Shown here: positions 54,710 through 62,756 of the stretch, one piece after another | Position numbering within the stretch: position 1 is the stretch's first letter | Layout of the letters: each line of letters opens with the position of its first letter | NCBI GenBank assembly: GCA_030605565.1 | Contig: JAUWIB010000105.1 | Location: 10,650 to 74,649 of the forward strand | Direction: 5' to 3' | From: a bacterium | Lineage (GTDB): Bacteria > Zixibacteria > MSB-5A5 > GN15 > FEB-12 | DNA length: 64,000 nucleotides | Notes under the pieces: model-generated | The model's input: only the letters and a program-made list of their open reading frames with translations | Databases searched by the model: none | Told to the model about the DNA's origin: nothing | Translations under genes and position numbers: made by a program

Positions 54710-55423
54710 CTATCTCGTTCCCGGTTTCCTTGTTCTCGATACCAGTTCATCAAGGAGTGCGAACAGCTTCTGTTTCAGTTCTATATCAGCCTCTACACGC
54801 TTCCGTTTCAGAAACCTATATACACGAAACCGAGTGATCCGGCCAATCCGCCTAGCGACGGCCCTGATATCATCTTCAAGGGTGTCACGTAAATGGCTAT
54901 CATAGAAATCTCTCGCGGCAGCAGTGATTCCTGCGATATCTCCGCTGTCTTCAGGGGCTGGCGTGCCTGTTCCAAAGAGCGTCTCTACTGAACTCAAATA
55001 CCTGCGAATATCTGACTGAGTACGCGACCGGCCCGAAAGCGAGAAGGCCAGCAGTGGGTCAATGGTAGCAATGTCTACTATGGTCTGCTCATAGGAACCA
55101 CACAATGATTGAAGGGCCTCTTGTCGGAGCGGCACAACCAAAGGTTCTATGAACTGCTGAAGGAACTCTCGAAGCTGTTCTGTTGTATATGAGTTGGCGG
55201 TGTCCGGATCATTGCTCTGTATCCATTCGTGAAGCGTTGAACTTGCCTGCGTCAAATTGGGAGGAGCCGTCAGATGGTGAAGGTTCATCAAGTTGAATAG
55301 CGCTCGCCGCAGCCGCCGCTTGTCCTCCCCCCGCTGGCGTAGATGGGCCGTTATCTCGTTGAGGAGAAAGCCAAGTAGAACGCCGCCTAGGACGCCAAAT
55401 ACACTCACAATGCCAGCATCCAT
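54710..55423 (-). CDS. Hypothetical protein, N-terminal TM anchor plus an all-helical domain (237 aa), ORFan
   Basis: MDAGIVSVFGVLGGVLLGFLLNEI TM, with the remainder charged and helical. No motif recognised. It lies inside the repeat-bounded islet. Confidence 0.55.
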   Translation of the reverse strand: MDAGIVSVFGVLGGVLLGFLLNEITAHLRQRGEDKRRLRRALFNLMNLHHLTAPPNLTQASSTLHEWIQSNDPDTANSYTTEQLREFLQQFIEPLVVPLRQEALQSLCGSYEQTIVDIATIDPLLAFSLSGRSRTQSDIRRYLSSVETLFGTGTPAPEDSGDIAGITAAARDFYDSHLRDTLEDDIRAVARRIGRITRFRVYRFLKRKRVEADIELKQKLFALLDELVSRTRKPGTR

Positions 55424-55623
55424 GGGCTTACAACCTCCGGTTACAGGTTCACAATTAAAGATTCTAGCTTACCCAGCACAACTTGATTTTTCCAAGAGTC
55501 GGAGATTCTCACAAGACGGCTGCAGGAATACCCCTTAGACAAATCAGACACCCGTTTTTCAAACATATGCCCATAACCTGTACTTATCACAGGTTTGGGA
55601 ATATCCGATTCTCTGTCGAAGAA

Positions 55624-55863
55624 TCAGTGCTCTCGGTCGAGAAGGGATTGGATTTTCTCCATGTCAGCTCCTTCCCCCAAGTCAAAGACTATATCAGCGT
55701 CGTTCGAACCGGTGATACTTCTTGCATTCTCGTTTAGGGGTATATTATTCGCTTTGAATAGATCGCGTACTTTGCCCCCTTGTGCTTCAGGTACAATGAC
55801 GTAGGGTCCTGCAGTACCATCACACTTGACTTCAATGCGATTTCCAGTTAGGTCGTCAATCAT
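55624..55863 (-). CDS. Hypothetical small acidic protein (79 aa), ORFan
   Basis: SD GGAAGGA lies 6 nt upstream of the ATG (MIDDLTGNRIEVKCDG...). No family recognised. Confidence 0.5.
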   Translation of the reverse strand: MIDDLTGNRIEVKCDGTAGPYVIVPEAQGGKVRDLFKANNIPLNENARSITGSNDADIVFDLGEGADMEKIQSLLDREH

Positions 55864-56136
55864 TCTAGTTCCTTCCGCTATATTGGCTACGGGGTACTCC
55901 CCTTATTCAGAATATTCGGCAACCGATGGACAAGACTTAGCGGTTTTTAGTTGAAAAGCAGAGGCAATGCACGTACACTTGCACGCAATATGAGACGTGT
56001 TATTTCACAAAGAGCCCAGGGAATCACACGATCAGTGATGAACATCTCTAGAAGTAGGGCCTCTGATTTTTCACGGCTCATAGGTGACGCCTACGCTGTA
56101 CGTTGTTGTTGCACCACGGACTCACGTCTGGGCTAC

Positions 56137-56200
56137 CCGGGAAATTGAGCATCTGCCTTTTATGCAGAGGGTAGCAGGTTCGATTCCCGGCGGGGGTATT
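56137..56200 (+). pseudogene. Chimeric tRNA-like relic: tRNA-Lys(UUU)-type anticodon arm and T-loop fused to the tRNA-Arg 3' end
   Basis: GAGCA-TCTGC-CTTTTAT-GCAGA-GGGTA-GCAGG-TTCGATT-CC then CGGCGGGGGTATT. The 5-bp anticodon stem with its CUUUUAU loop is perfect. The T-stem has 2 mismatches, and there is no 5' acceptor or D-arm strand. Confidence 0.5.
56175..56200 (+). repeat. Direct repeat copy 2 (25/26 identical to 54604-54629)
   Basis: CAGGTTCGATTCCCGGCGGGGGTATT, in the same orientation as the tRNA. Confidence 0.8.
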
Positions 56201-56257
56201 GCTAATGGAATGATGGGATGGTATCAGGGAGACCGTCTACTCCACAGGGGGACCAAC

Positions 56258-56755
56258 CTACGAAACTTCTGCCGCCTCGCCCCCACTCTTGCCCCACTTG
56301 ATAAAACCGAACAACTCCGACAACACCTTCGGAAAAAAGCCCAGCCATAAGATCAGCGGCAGGGCATCGTTCACGAGGTAGATCGGGACGATGATCCGGT
56401 AAGCGCTTTTTGACATCGAGTATGCCTCGACGATATAATAGATGGCGATGGACATGGCGATGTGCACGAGCACGATGACGGCCAGACCGCCGAAGAGCGC
56501 GAGCAACGATTGTCTCCAATGCTTGATGATGCCGGGCGTTGCCAGCAGCAGCGCCAGGTATGGCACGAGGTTCGTGAAATGCTCAGCGGTCAACGCCAGA
56601 TGCCAGGTGCGTACCCCGAACAGCTTGAAGAAAAACGTCGCAATCGGATCGATCCAGTAAGGATAGGCATGTTGGCACTGTGTGAACCAGAGCCAGCCGA
56701 GCAGCAGAGTGGCGGGTAGCAGTTTAAGAAGAAACAGCCACAGGTTTCTTTTCAC
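56258..56755 (-). CDS. Polytopic membrane protein, likely exosortase-associated partner
   Basis: 165 aa with 4-5 TM segments. It overlaps the stop of the exosortase-like gene by 32 nt. The association is inferred from coupling only. Confidence 0.55.
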   Translation of the reverse strand: MKRNLWLFLLKLLPATLLLGWLWFTQCQHAYPYWIDPIATFFFKLFGVRTWHLALTAEHFTNLVPYLALLLATPGIIKHWRQSLLALFGGLAVIVLVHIAMSIAIYYIVEAYSMSKSAYRIIVPIYLVNDALPLILWLGFFPKVLSELFGFIKWGKSGGEAAEVS

Positions 56756-57323
56756 GGTACACCACCAGATACAACCACCCGACCCAGACCGACCCGATCA
56801 TGATTATCAGCGTCCCCTGCCAAAAGTAGAGATGCATGAAGTCGAACGCTGCCGGCCAAAAAGCGCCGACTACAATCAGCAGCGTAATGCGCACAACATT
56901 GAACAAGTAAATGGCCGGCAAACCGATCAGCAAGCCAAGGAGTTTCTTGCGAATTGTCGTCGAGAAGGACAGCACCGCAGCGAGGTAAATGACCATCTCC
57001 AGTAAACCCGTACATTCATCGATGATCTCAACCATAAAGCCGTGGAAGGCACAATGCTTGCCCTGGTAGAACACCTCGTCTGAAAAGATCGAAAGGACGA
57101 AACCGGAGATATGAGCCGTCGCCTTCATCAAGGGAATGAGGCTGTCATGATAGCTGGCCGTCACGTGCGCGTAGATCCCACCGAAAACGGCCAGACCGAC
57201 CAAAAACAGAATTATGAACTTGAGAATGGGTGAGAGTTTGCGCCTCTGTTTCGTGGACGCCGGGACTGGTTGCGAATCGTTCGGGGTTAGGTTCGGAGTG
57301 TCGGAGTCGTTTTGTGCTGTCAT
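56724..57323 (-). CDS. Exosortase/archaeosortase-family transpeptidase (short form)
   Basis: The ordered Cys-Arg-His catalytic contexts of the family sit in TM helices: FMVEIIDECTGLLEMVIY, then IYLFNVVRITLL, then FDFMHLYFWQG. 199 aa. Confidence 0.7.
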   Translation of the reverse strand: MTAQNDSDTPNLTPNDSQPVPASTKQRRKLSPILKFIILFLVGLAVFGGIYAHVTASYHDSLIPLMKATAHISGFVLSIFSDEVFYQGKHCAFHGFMVEIIDECTGLLEMVIYLAAVLSFSTTIRKKLLGLLIGLPAIYLFNVVRITLLIVVGAFWPAAFDFMHLYFWQGTLIIMIGSVWVGWLYLVVYREKKPVAVSS

Positions 57324-57432
57324 GGCGCTAATTTAATCCAAAGATGATCAAGTCGCAACAGGTAATCTGTTAGCCGAGACGCCTGCCGCCGCCTGGCAGG
57401 CGACAAAGGAATCTGCTGAACATTGGGCGCTG

Positions 57433-57684
57433 TCACAAGACGTAGGTCAGAACCACCGCCAGCCAGACGATCACCACTGCCAGTTGTCCGGGCCAGCGAC
57501 CGCTGCCCACAAACATAGCGATGGCTGAATAGATCAGGGCAATCCCCAGCCGGGCAGTCCATTTGGCCAAATGCGCGACGTGATAGGCATCGGCGAGCAA
57601 CAGCAATCCGGCCAGCGCCAAAGCCACGTAGACCAACCAGTACGGCTCGTTTCTGGTTGATGATGATGACTTGTTATTTCCCAT
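57433..57684 (-). CDS. Small three-TM membrane protein (83 aa)
   Basis: The hydrophobic profile gives three TM helices. It overlaps the amidase stop by 11 nt. No family recognised. Confidence 0.5.
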   Translation of the reverse strand: MGNNKSSSSTRNEPYWLVYVALALAGLLLLADAYHVAHLAKWTARLGIALIYSAIAMFVGSGRWPGQLAVVIVWLAVVLTYVL

Positions 57685-59689
57685 GGTTGTACTCCTTCAG
57701 GAAATGCTCGATACCCTTGGCTATCCCTTTGGCCACTTTCTTGCGAAACTTCCCCGTTTGCAGCAAAGCTTCCTGTTCCGGAAGTATCATAAAGGCGCAC
57801 TCAACCAGCACGGCCGGATACTGCGTGGGGCGATTAACGGCGAAGTTGCCGTGGAACAAACCATAGTCGTTCAGACCGGTCGCCTTTAGCAGTTCTCCCT
57901 GAATCGACCGCGCCAGGTCCATCGAATGCAGATGATAATAATATGTGGAACTGCCATTGTTCGCAAAGGGGTTTACGCCATCGGGGAGGGCGTTATTGTG
58001 GATGGAGACGAACAGGTCGGCCTCGTTGACCTTGGCAATGGCCGGGCGGTCGTAGAGGTCCACGTGGCGATCATCGTGACGGGTCATGATAACCTTGGCG
58101 CCTCGTCGCCTTAATTCCTTCTTCAGAGCCAGAGCCAATTCCAAATTGGCCTGCGCCTCAGTGTATCCGGTAGGACCGATGGCGCCCGGATCGCGGGAAT
58201 GACCGGGATCAATCACGATTGTCTTACCCCGAATGCGAGTGACATCGGCTGGAGTTCGATTCAGTTGAAAAACAAGAGTGTTGCCGGCGTAGTAGCTGTC
58301 GTACCCCCAGATATCACTGGTGAGTTGGATCTTAAGTTCATAGAGGCCCGGCTCCGGTTGTGACCAGGTAGCTATATCGATCAGGCTGTCGGGAAAATCG
58401 TAGCGAATCCAATCGGTGTCGGTAGTCACACCGAATAGTTGCACCCGAATAGTGCGGCGGTTGTCCTCGATAACACGAAAGGGATGCTTCCCGGCGAGTG
58501 GGAATTCCACCCGTACGTGATCGGCGGCGGCGTGCGTGCGGATGGACGTCAGGTATGAATGCGGTGGAAGGATACCCCTGGCCAGTGCTTTCACCGACCG
58601 CCGAGCTACCCATCCAAACTGCGTCTGCGAAAGTTGAAGGCGATACCAATCACCCTCGGCCGACACCGCCAAAGCCTCTACCCCCTCCGGTTGAAATATC
58701 GACAGATACCCTTTTCTGGGACCATGCCTGACGATCTGCACCGAATCGGCAAACCTGACCGTGAACGGGTAACTCGGGTTGTTGAAACTCACCCGACAGG
58801 AACTCGGTTTTTCAACCGCGCCGGCCTGCATCCACAACAGGTACCGGTGAAGTTTCAAGGCTGAGACATGCATCAACCATTCGGCTAAGACCGTTTCTCT
58901 CGACGGCGGCGCCAAGTGGTAAAGAATCTGCGCAGTATCGATGCGAGCGGTATCCGACACATCGTAGAAGCCGGTATAGATGCCACGAATCTTCAGCGAA
59001 TCCGGCACGGCGCCAGCGCCAAAGACCGCCTCACCCCAATACGGCTGCAGGCGTGGTGGGGTCTCGGACATCGGCACCGAATCCGCCACGCCCTCGATAG
59101 AAAACCAGGCGCGGCAGTTCGGCGTGCCGCGAAAGGCAACCGCCAACCTGTCCCCCGCGCGCAGTTCCAGACTACCACGCGGTGGTTTGTAGTCACCTGC
59201 GATCACCAGTGTATCAGCATCCACAGTCAACAAGGGTTCAGGAACAAAGACAGTCAACTCTCTCGACAACCGCACCGAGTACGGCGGCAATCGCGGGCTG
59301 AATGGGGATTTAATGCGTGATTGATAATCCCGGTCCTTCTCTTCCAGAAAAGCATCGAGTTGAAACTTGAAGGCGCCGGGCTGAATCGGCAGGAAGGCAA
59401 TGAACCCACCGTCGGGGTGGACGTCCACGGCCTGTTCGTTAATTTGGAGTCGGTAGGACCAGTCGCCACGCTTGGGCGGCACATGACCAAGTATGAAAGT
59501 CGAATCGACAGCCGAGATTCGCTGATCAGGTTTGGGATAGATGACGACGATTTCGTCTTTGACCTCAGCCGCAGAGACATCGAAGGCCAACCATCCCGAC
59601 GCCGACATGCCTGCCAGCATGACAAAGACGGTGAGGCATTTAGTCGCTAATGTACTTCTCGACCACATCGCGCTTAAGTTTCGGGCCAC
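57674..59689 (-). CDS. N-acetylmuramoyl-L-alanine amidase (Amidase_3 catalytic domain) with a large N-terminal beta-rich region
   Basis: The C-terminal KTIVIDPGHSRDPGAIGPTGYTEAQANLELALALKKELRRRGAKVIMTR...SIHNNALPDG...STYYY...FAVNRPTQYPAVLVECAFM matches AmiA/B/C-type zinc amidases. The start is uncertain (59689, 59668 or 59620). Confidence 0.85.
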   Translation of the reverse strand: MARNLSAMWSRSTLATKCLTVFVMLAGMSASGWLAFDVSAAEVKDEIVVIYPKPDQRISAVDSTFILGHVPPKRGDWSYRLQINEQAVDVHPDGGFIAFLPIQPGAFKFQLDAFLEEKDRDYQSRIKSPFSPRLPPYSVRLSRELTVFVPEPLLTVDADTLVIAGDYKPPRGSLELRAGDRLAVAFRGTPNCRAWFSIEGVADSVPMSETPPRLQPYWGEAVFGAGAVPDSLKIRGIYTGFYDVSDTARIDTAQILYHLAPPSRETVLAEWLMHVSALKLHRYLLWMQAGAVEKPSSCRVSFNNPSYPFTVRFADSVQIVRHGPRKGYLSIFQPEGVEALAVSAEGDWYRLQLSQTQFGWVARRSVKALARGILPPHSYLTSIRTHAAADHVRVEFPLAGKHPFRVIEDNRRTIRVQLFGVTTDTDWIRYDFPDSLIDIATWSQPEPGLYELKIQLTSDIWGYDSYYAGNTLVFQLNRTPADVTRIRGKTIVIDPGHSRDPGAIGPTGYTEAQANLELALALKKELRRRGAKVIMTRHDDRHVDLYDRPAIAKVNEADLFVSIHNNALPDGVNPFANNGSSTYYYHLHSMDLARSIQGELLKATGLNDYGLFHGNFAVNRPTQYPAVLVECAFMILPEQEALLQTGKFRKKVAKGIAKGIEHFLKEYNHGK

Positions 59690-60671
59690 CGATGATTTCT
59701 CGGTCGACCTGAATCAACTCCTTGTCATAATTAATTCCGCGTGCGATGTCATCCTCCAAAAGGAGGGGGCCGTCGAGGTCGAAGTAATCCGCCAGCGACG
59801 ACATGTATACAGACTGGGCGATGCCCACCGATGACTCGACCATACATCCGAGCATGACTTTCTTGCCGTCGTTACGTGCTCGCTCGGCCATTTGTATCGA
59901 CGGCAGGACACCTCCGGATTTCTCCATTTTTATATTGATGCCGTCGACATGGCCTGAATACTGATCGTAGTCTTCGCGTGAACCCAGACCCTCATCCATG
60001 ATGAGTTCGACCTGTTCAGCCTTCCCTTTCAGATGCGGCCATTCCTTGACAAAGTCCTCACTGGTCGGCTGTTCAATGATTGTCACACCGGCGTTCGCCA
60101 GTTGGTGGATCATCTCTTCGGCTTTGGCACACGACCAGCCGCCATTGGCGTCGACGCGAATTTCCTTGTCTTTGATCCGTCTGAGGGCGTCCAGAAGCAT
60201 GACGTCCTGTTCGTGGCCCATCTTCACCTTGACGATTGGATAGGGCGAGTTCTTGATGTCCTCGATCATTGCCGCCGTATCTGATATCGCGACCGTGAAG
60301 GAGCTTCTTATGCCGACCGGCGTGCTCAGTTTCAGAATTTCCCACGGGTAGCGTCGCGTCTCGCCGGACACATAGTTGAGAACCATACCCATCAGGGCTG
60401 CCCGAGCTGCTGGTTGGATATCGAATCCGTCGATCAGTTGAAGCGTGTCTCCATCGATCTGATCAAGGTTCCGAAGATACTCCAGCCCTTTCTCGATGTC
60501 GGTTTGGATCTCTTCCACCGTCGGTCCATACTTCACCGACGGCGCCGCCTCGCCATGGTACCGATTGTTGAGCACGGTCAATAGATTAGTCTTGACGGTA
60601 ACATCTCCCCCGGTAACAGCGAACTTTTTCTTCAGCGGTATGCTAACCTTGAATGTATCCAGTTCAATCAC
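59640..60671 (-). CDS. Dipeptide epimerase (L-Ala-D/L-Glu epimerase; enolase superfamily, MLE subgroup)
   Basis: ...YPIVKVKMG...IRVDANGGW...IIEQP...IMDEGL...INIKMEKSGG... are the catalytic Lys/Asp/Glu contexts of the MR/MLE barrel. GTGA overlap with the upstream gene. Confidence 0.85.
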   Translation of the reverse strand: MIELDTFKVSIPLKKKFAVTGGDVTVKTNLLTVLNNRYHGEAAPSVKYGPTVEEIQTDIEKGLEYLRNLDQIDGDTLQLIDGFDIQPAARAALMGMVLNYVSGETRRYPWEILKLSTPVGIRSSFTVAISDTAAMIEDIKNSPYPIVKVKMGHEQDVMLLDALRRIKDKEIRVDANGGWSCAKAEEMIHQLANAGVTIIEQPTSEDFVKEWPHLKGKAEQVELIMDEGLGSREDYDQYSGHVDGINIKMEKSGGVLPSIQMAERARNDGKKVMLGCMVESSVGIAQSVYMSSLADYFDLDGPLLLEDDIARGINYDKELIQVDREIIGGPKLKRDVVEKYISD

Positions 60672-61465
60672 AGAATTCTCCTTGCCTGATTGAAATCGCG
60701 ATCCAGATCAGCACGGTAGGCAGGGTCGTCCTGACTCAGAGCGTTGATCCTCACACCGCCGCCGCCGCGTGAGGCGTGAAGTATTCGTGTCCGCCCGATC
60801 GCCAGTCCGACATGTCTGTCGAAAAACAACAGGTCTCCGGTTCTTGTACTATCCCGGTCCACGTTCCGTCCCATTTTGATCTGTTCCCGGGTGTCTCGCG
60901 GCAGCGTGATCCCGAAGGCGCCGAACAGGGCCTTTATTAACCCGGAGCAATCGAACCCCAGAGGGCTGACACCGCCCCACAAGTACGGCACACCCAGAAA
61001 CCGTCGCGCCTCGGCCAGCAAACGTCCACCCGTCAGCATCTTGCCGGTTGTCTTGTAGATCGGCCTGATATGCGCGCTCTTTACGTATACCTTGGCGCCG
61101 CCGGGCAATTGCAGCGCTGAGAAGCCGTTCTTGTCATTAACAACTCTGACCTGCGTGCCGTACAAAATGAAGTAAGGAGACGTTGGTCGGGCGCTCCGGT
61201 TAGCATACAAAGTGGCCCTTTGTGACTTGATCACGGCGTTCACCTGCGAATTCCATTGGGCAAACTCGACCTTACCGGCCTTGCGTAGAAATCGACAGTC
61301 CACCCAACCATGGTAGCCATCCACCTGGCGAACGTGAGCAAACCCTTTCCTCACCGAAAGGACACGGACCGGCTCGCCGAAAAGCAACTGGCTGGCCAGG
61401 TCGGCGGCATAGTCCGGCCGGCTTCTGAGGTCCAGTAGATTGGTCGATACGACAGCATACGGCAT
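60668..61465 (-). CDS. NlpC/P60 (C40) peptidase with N-terminal SH3b-like domains (gamma-D-Glu-diamino acid endopeptidase-like)
   Basis: GVPYLWGGVSPLGFDCSGLIKALF (catalytic Cys), ...GDLLFFDRHVGLAIG...ILHAS (His). Confidence 0.85.
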   Translation of the reverse strand: MPYAVVSTNLLDLRSRPDYAADLASQLLFGEPVRVLSVRKGFAHVRQVDGYHGWVDCRFLRKAGKVEFAQWNSQVNAVIKSQRATLYANRSARPTSPYFILYGTQVRVVNDKNGFSALQLPGGAKVYVKSAHIRPIYKTTGKMLTGGRLLAEARRFLGVPYLWGGVSPLGFDCSGLIKALFGAFGITLPRDTREQIKMGRNVDRDSTRTGDLLFFDRHVGLAIGRTRILHASRGGGGVRINALSQDDPAYRADLDRDFNQARRIL

Positions 61466-61514
61466 GTGCTTATGTTAGGAACCCCACTGCTTTCGATCAA
61501 TTAAAAACGGCTAC

Positions 61515-61544
61515 AAAAAAGCGGCCGAGTGTCAACCCGACCGC
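61515..61544 (-). terminator. Rho-independent terminator
   Basis: Minus strand: GCGGTCGGG-ttgaca-CTCGGCCGC (9 bp including 2 G-U pairs) followed by TTTTTT, 27 nt downstream of the 61571 stop. Confidence 0.6.
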
Positions 61545-61570
61545 GTTGCGTACACAATTCAGAACCTGAG

Positions 61571-62740
61571 TCAGGCTGCCGCCCCCGCCAGAAACTTCTC
61601 AAATCGGGCCAGCGCCTCCTTGATGTTCTCGACGGAATTGGCATACGAGAAACGCAGGTAACCCTCGCCGAAAGACCCAAAGGCAGTCCCGGACAGACCG
61701 GCAACCCCGACTTCATCGAGTAGCCTGGTGGCCAGATCCTTTGATTTGAATCCGGTCCTGGTGATATTCGGGAAAACATAGAAAGCGCCAAGCGGGTTGG
61801 TGCAACTGACACCTTCAATGTTGTTCAGCCCTTCGACGAAGACATCACGCCGCCGCTGGAATTCGGCCACCATTTTCTCGACATCGTCCTGCGGCCCGGT
61901 GAGCGCTTCGATCAGGGCGTACTGTGCAAAGGTATTGGTGCATGAGAAATTGTTGATGGCCAGTTTGGTTTGAATCTCGGCCATTTCCTTCGGCATGATG
62001 CCGTACCCCAAACGCCAACCGGTCATAGAGTAGGCCTTCGACATGCCGTCAATAGCCACCGTGCGTTTCAGCGCGCCCGGAATCGAGCAGATAGACTCGA
62101 ACGGTTTTTCGTATGTGATCCGCGAGTAGATCTCGTCGGTCACAACCCACAGATCGTGCTCTTCGGCCAGTCCATAAATGGCCTCCAAGTCCTCACGAGT
62201 CAGCACCCCACCGGTGGGATTCTGGGGCGAGTTGACCATTATCATCTTCGTCTTTGGTGTGATCAAAGCCTTGAGATCTTCGATTGAGAAGCGGAAGTTG
62301 ACCTCTTCCCTGAGATGCATCGGTACGACCTTAGCGCCACAGTAATTCACCACCGATTCATAAATCGGGTAGCCCGGATTGGGACAAATGACCTCATCTC
62401 CCTCATTAGCCAAGGCGAATATCGCGTTGAAAATCAGAGGCTTGACCCCCGGCATAATCACTACGTTCTCGACGGCGACATTCACACCGCGAGTCCGGGA
62501 AAAATTCTCAGCCACTACTTTGCGAGCCTCCGGCACACCGGCCGACGGACAGTAATGAGTCTTACCGTCATCGATAGCCTTCTTGGCGACTTCGCAGATG
62601 TTCTTGGGCGTATCGAAATCCGGCTCCCCTATTTCGAGATGGATAACCGATTTCCCTTGTGCCTCCAGTTGCCTGGCGTGAGCCAGCACTTCAAAGGCGC
62701 CTTCTGTTCCCAGACGGGAGAGTCTGTCGGCGAATTGCAT
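61571..62740 (-). CDS. Class I/II pyridoxal-phosphate aminotransferase (aspartate aminotransferase-like)
   Basis: ...VIHLEIGEPDFDTP...NPGYPIYES...VNSPQNPTGGV...SKAYSMTGWRLGY (PLP-Lys context). Start at ATG 62740 (MQFADRL), with GAAGG SD. Confidence 0.9.
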   Translation of the reverse strand: MQFADRLSRLGTEGAFEVLAHARQLEAQGKSVIHLEIGEPDFDTPKNICEVAKKAIDDGKTHYCPSAGVPEARKVVAENFSRTRGVNVAVENVVIMPGVKPLIFNAIFALANEGDEVICPNPGYPIYESVVNYCGAKVVPMHLREEVNFRFSIEDLKALITPKTKMIMVNSPQNPTGGVLTREDLEAIYGLAEEHDLWVVTDEIYSRITYEKPFESICSIPGALKRTVAIDGMSKAYSMTGWRLGYGIMPKEMAEIQTKLAINNFSCTNTFAQYALIEALTGPQDDVEKMVAEFQRRRDVFVEGLNNIEGVSCTNPLGAFYVFPNITRTGFKSKDLATRLLDEVGVAGLSGTAFGSFGEGYLRFSYANSVENIKEALARFEKFLAGAAA

Positions 62741-62756
62741 GACGCTACCTTCTTTC

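Noticed and set aside
56100-56200. A functional tRNA-Lys(UUU) gene.
   Set aside because: The anticodon arm and T-loop are perfect. However, no 5' acceptor strand or D-arm 5' strand is complementary to the 3' end, and the T-stem has two mismatches. It is called a chimeric relic instead.
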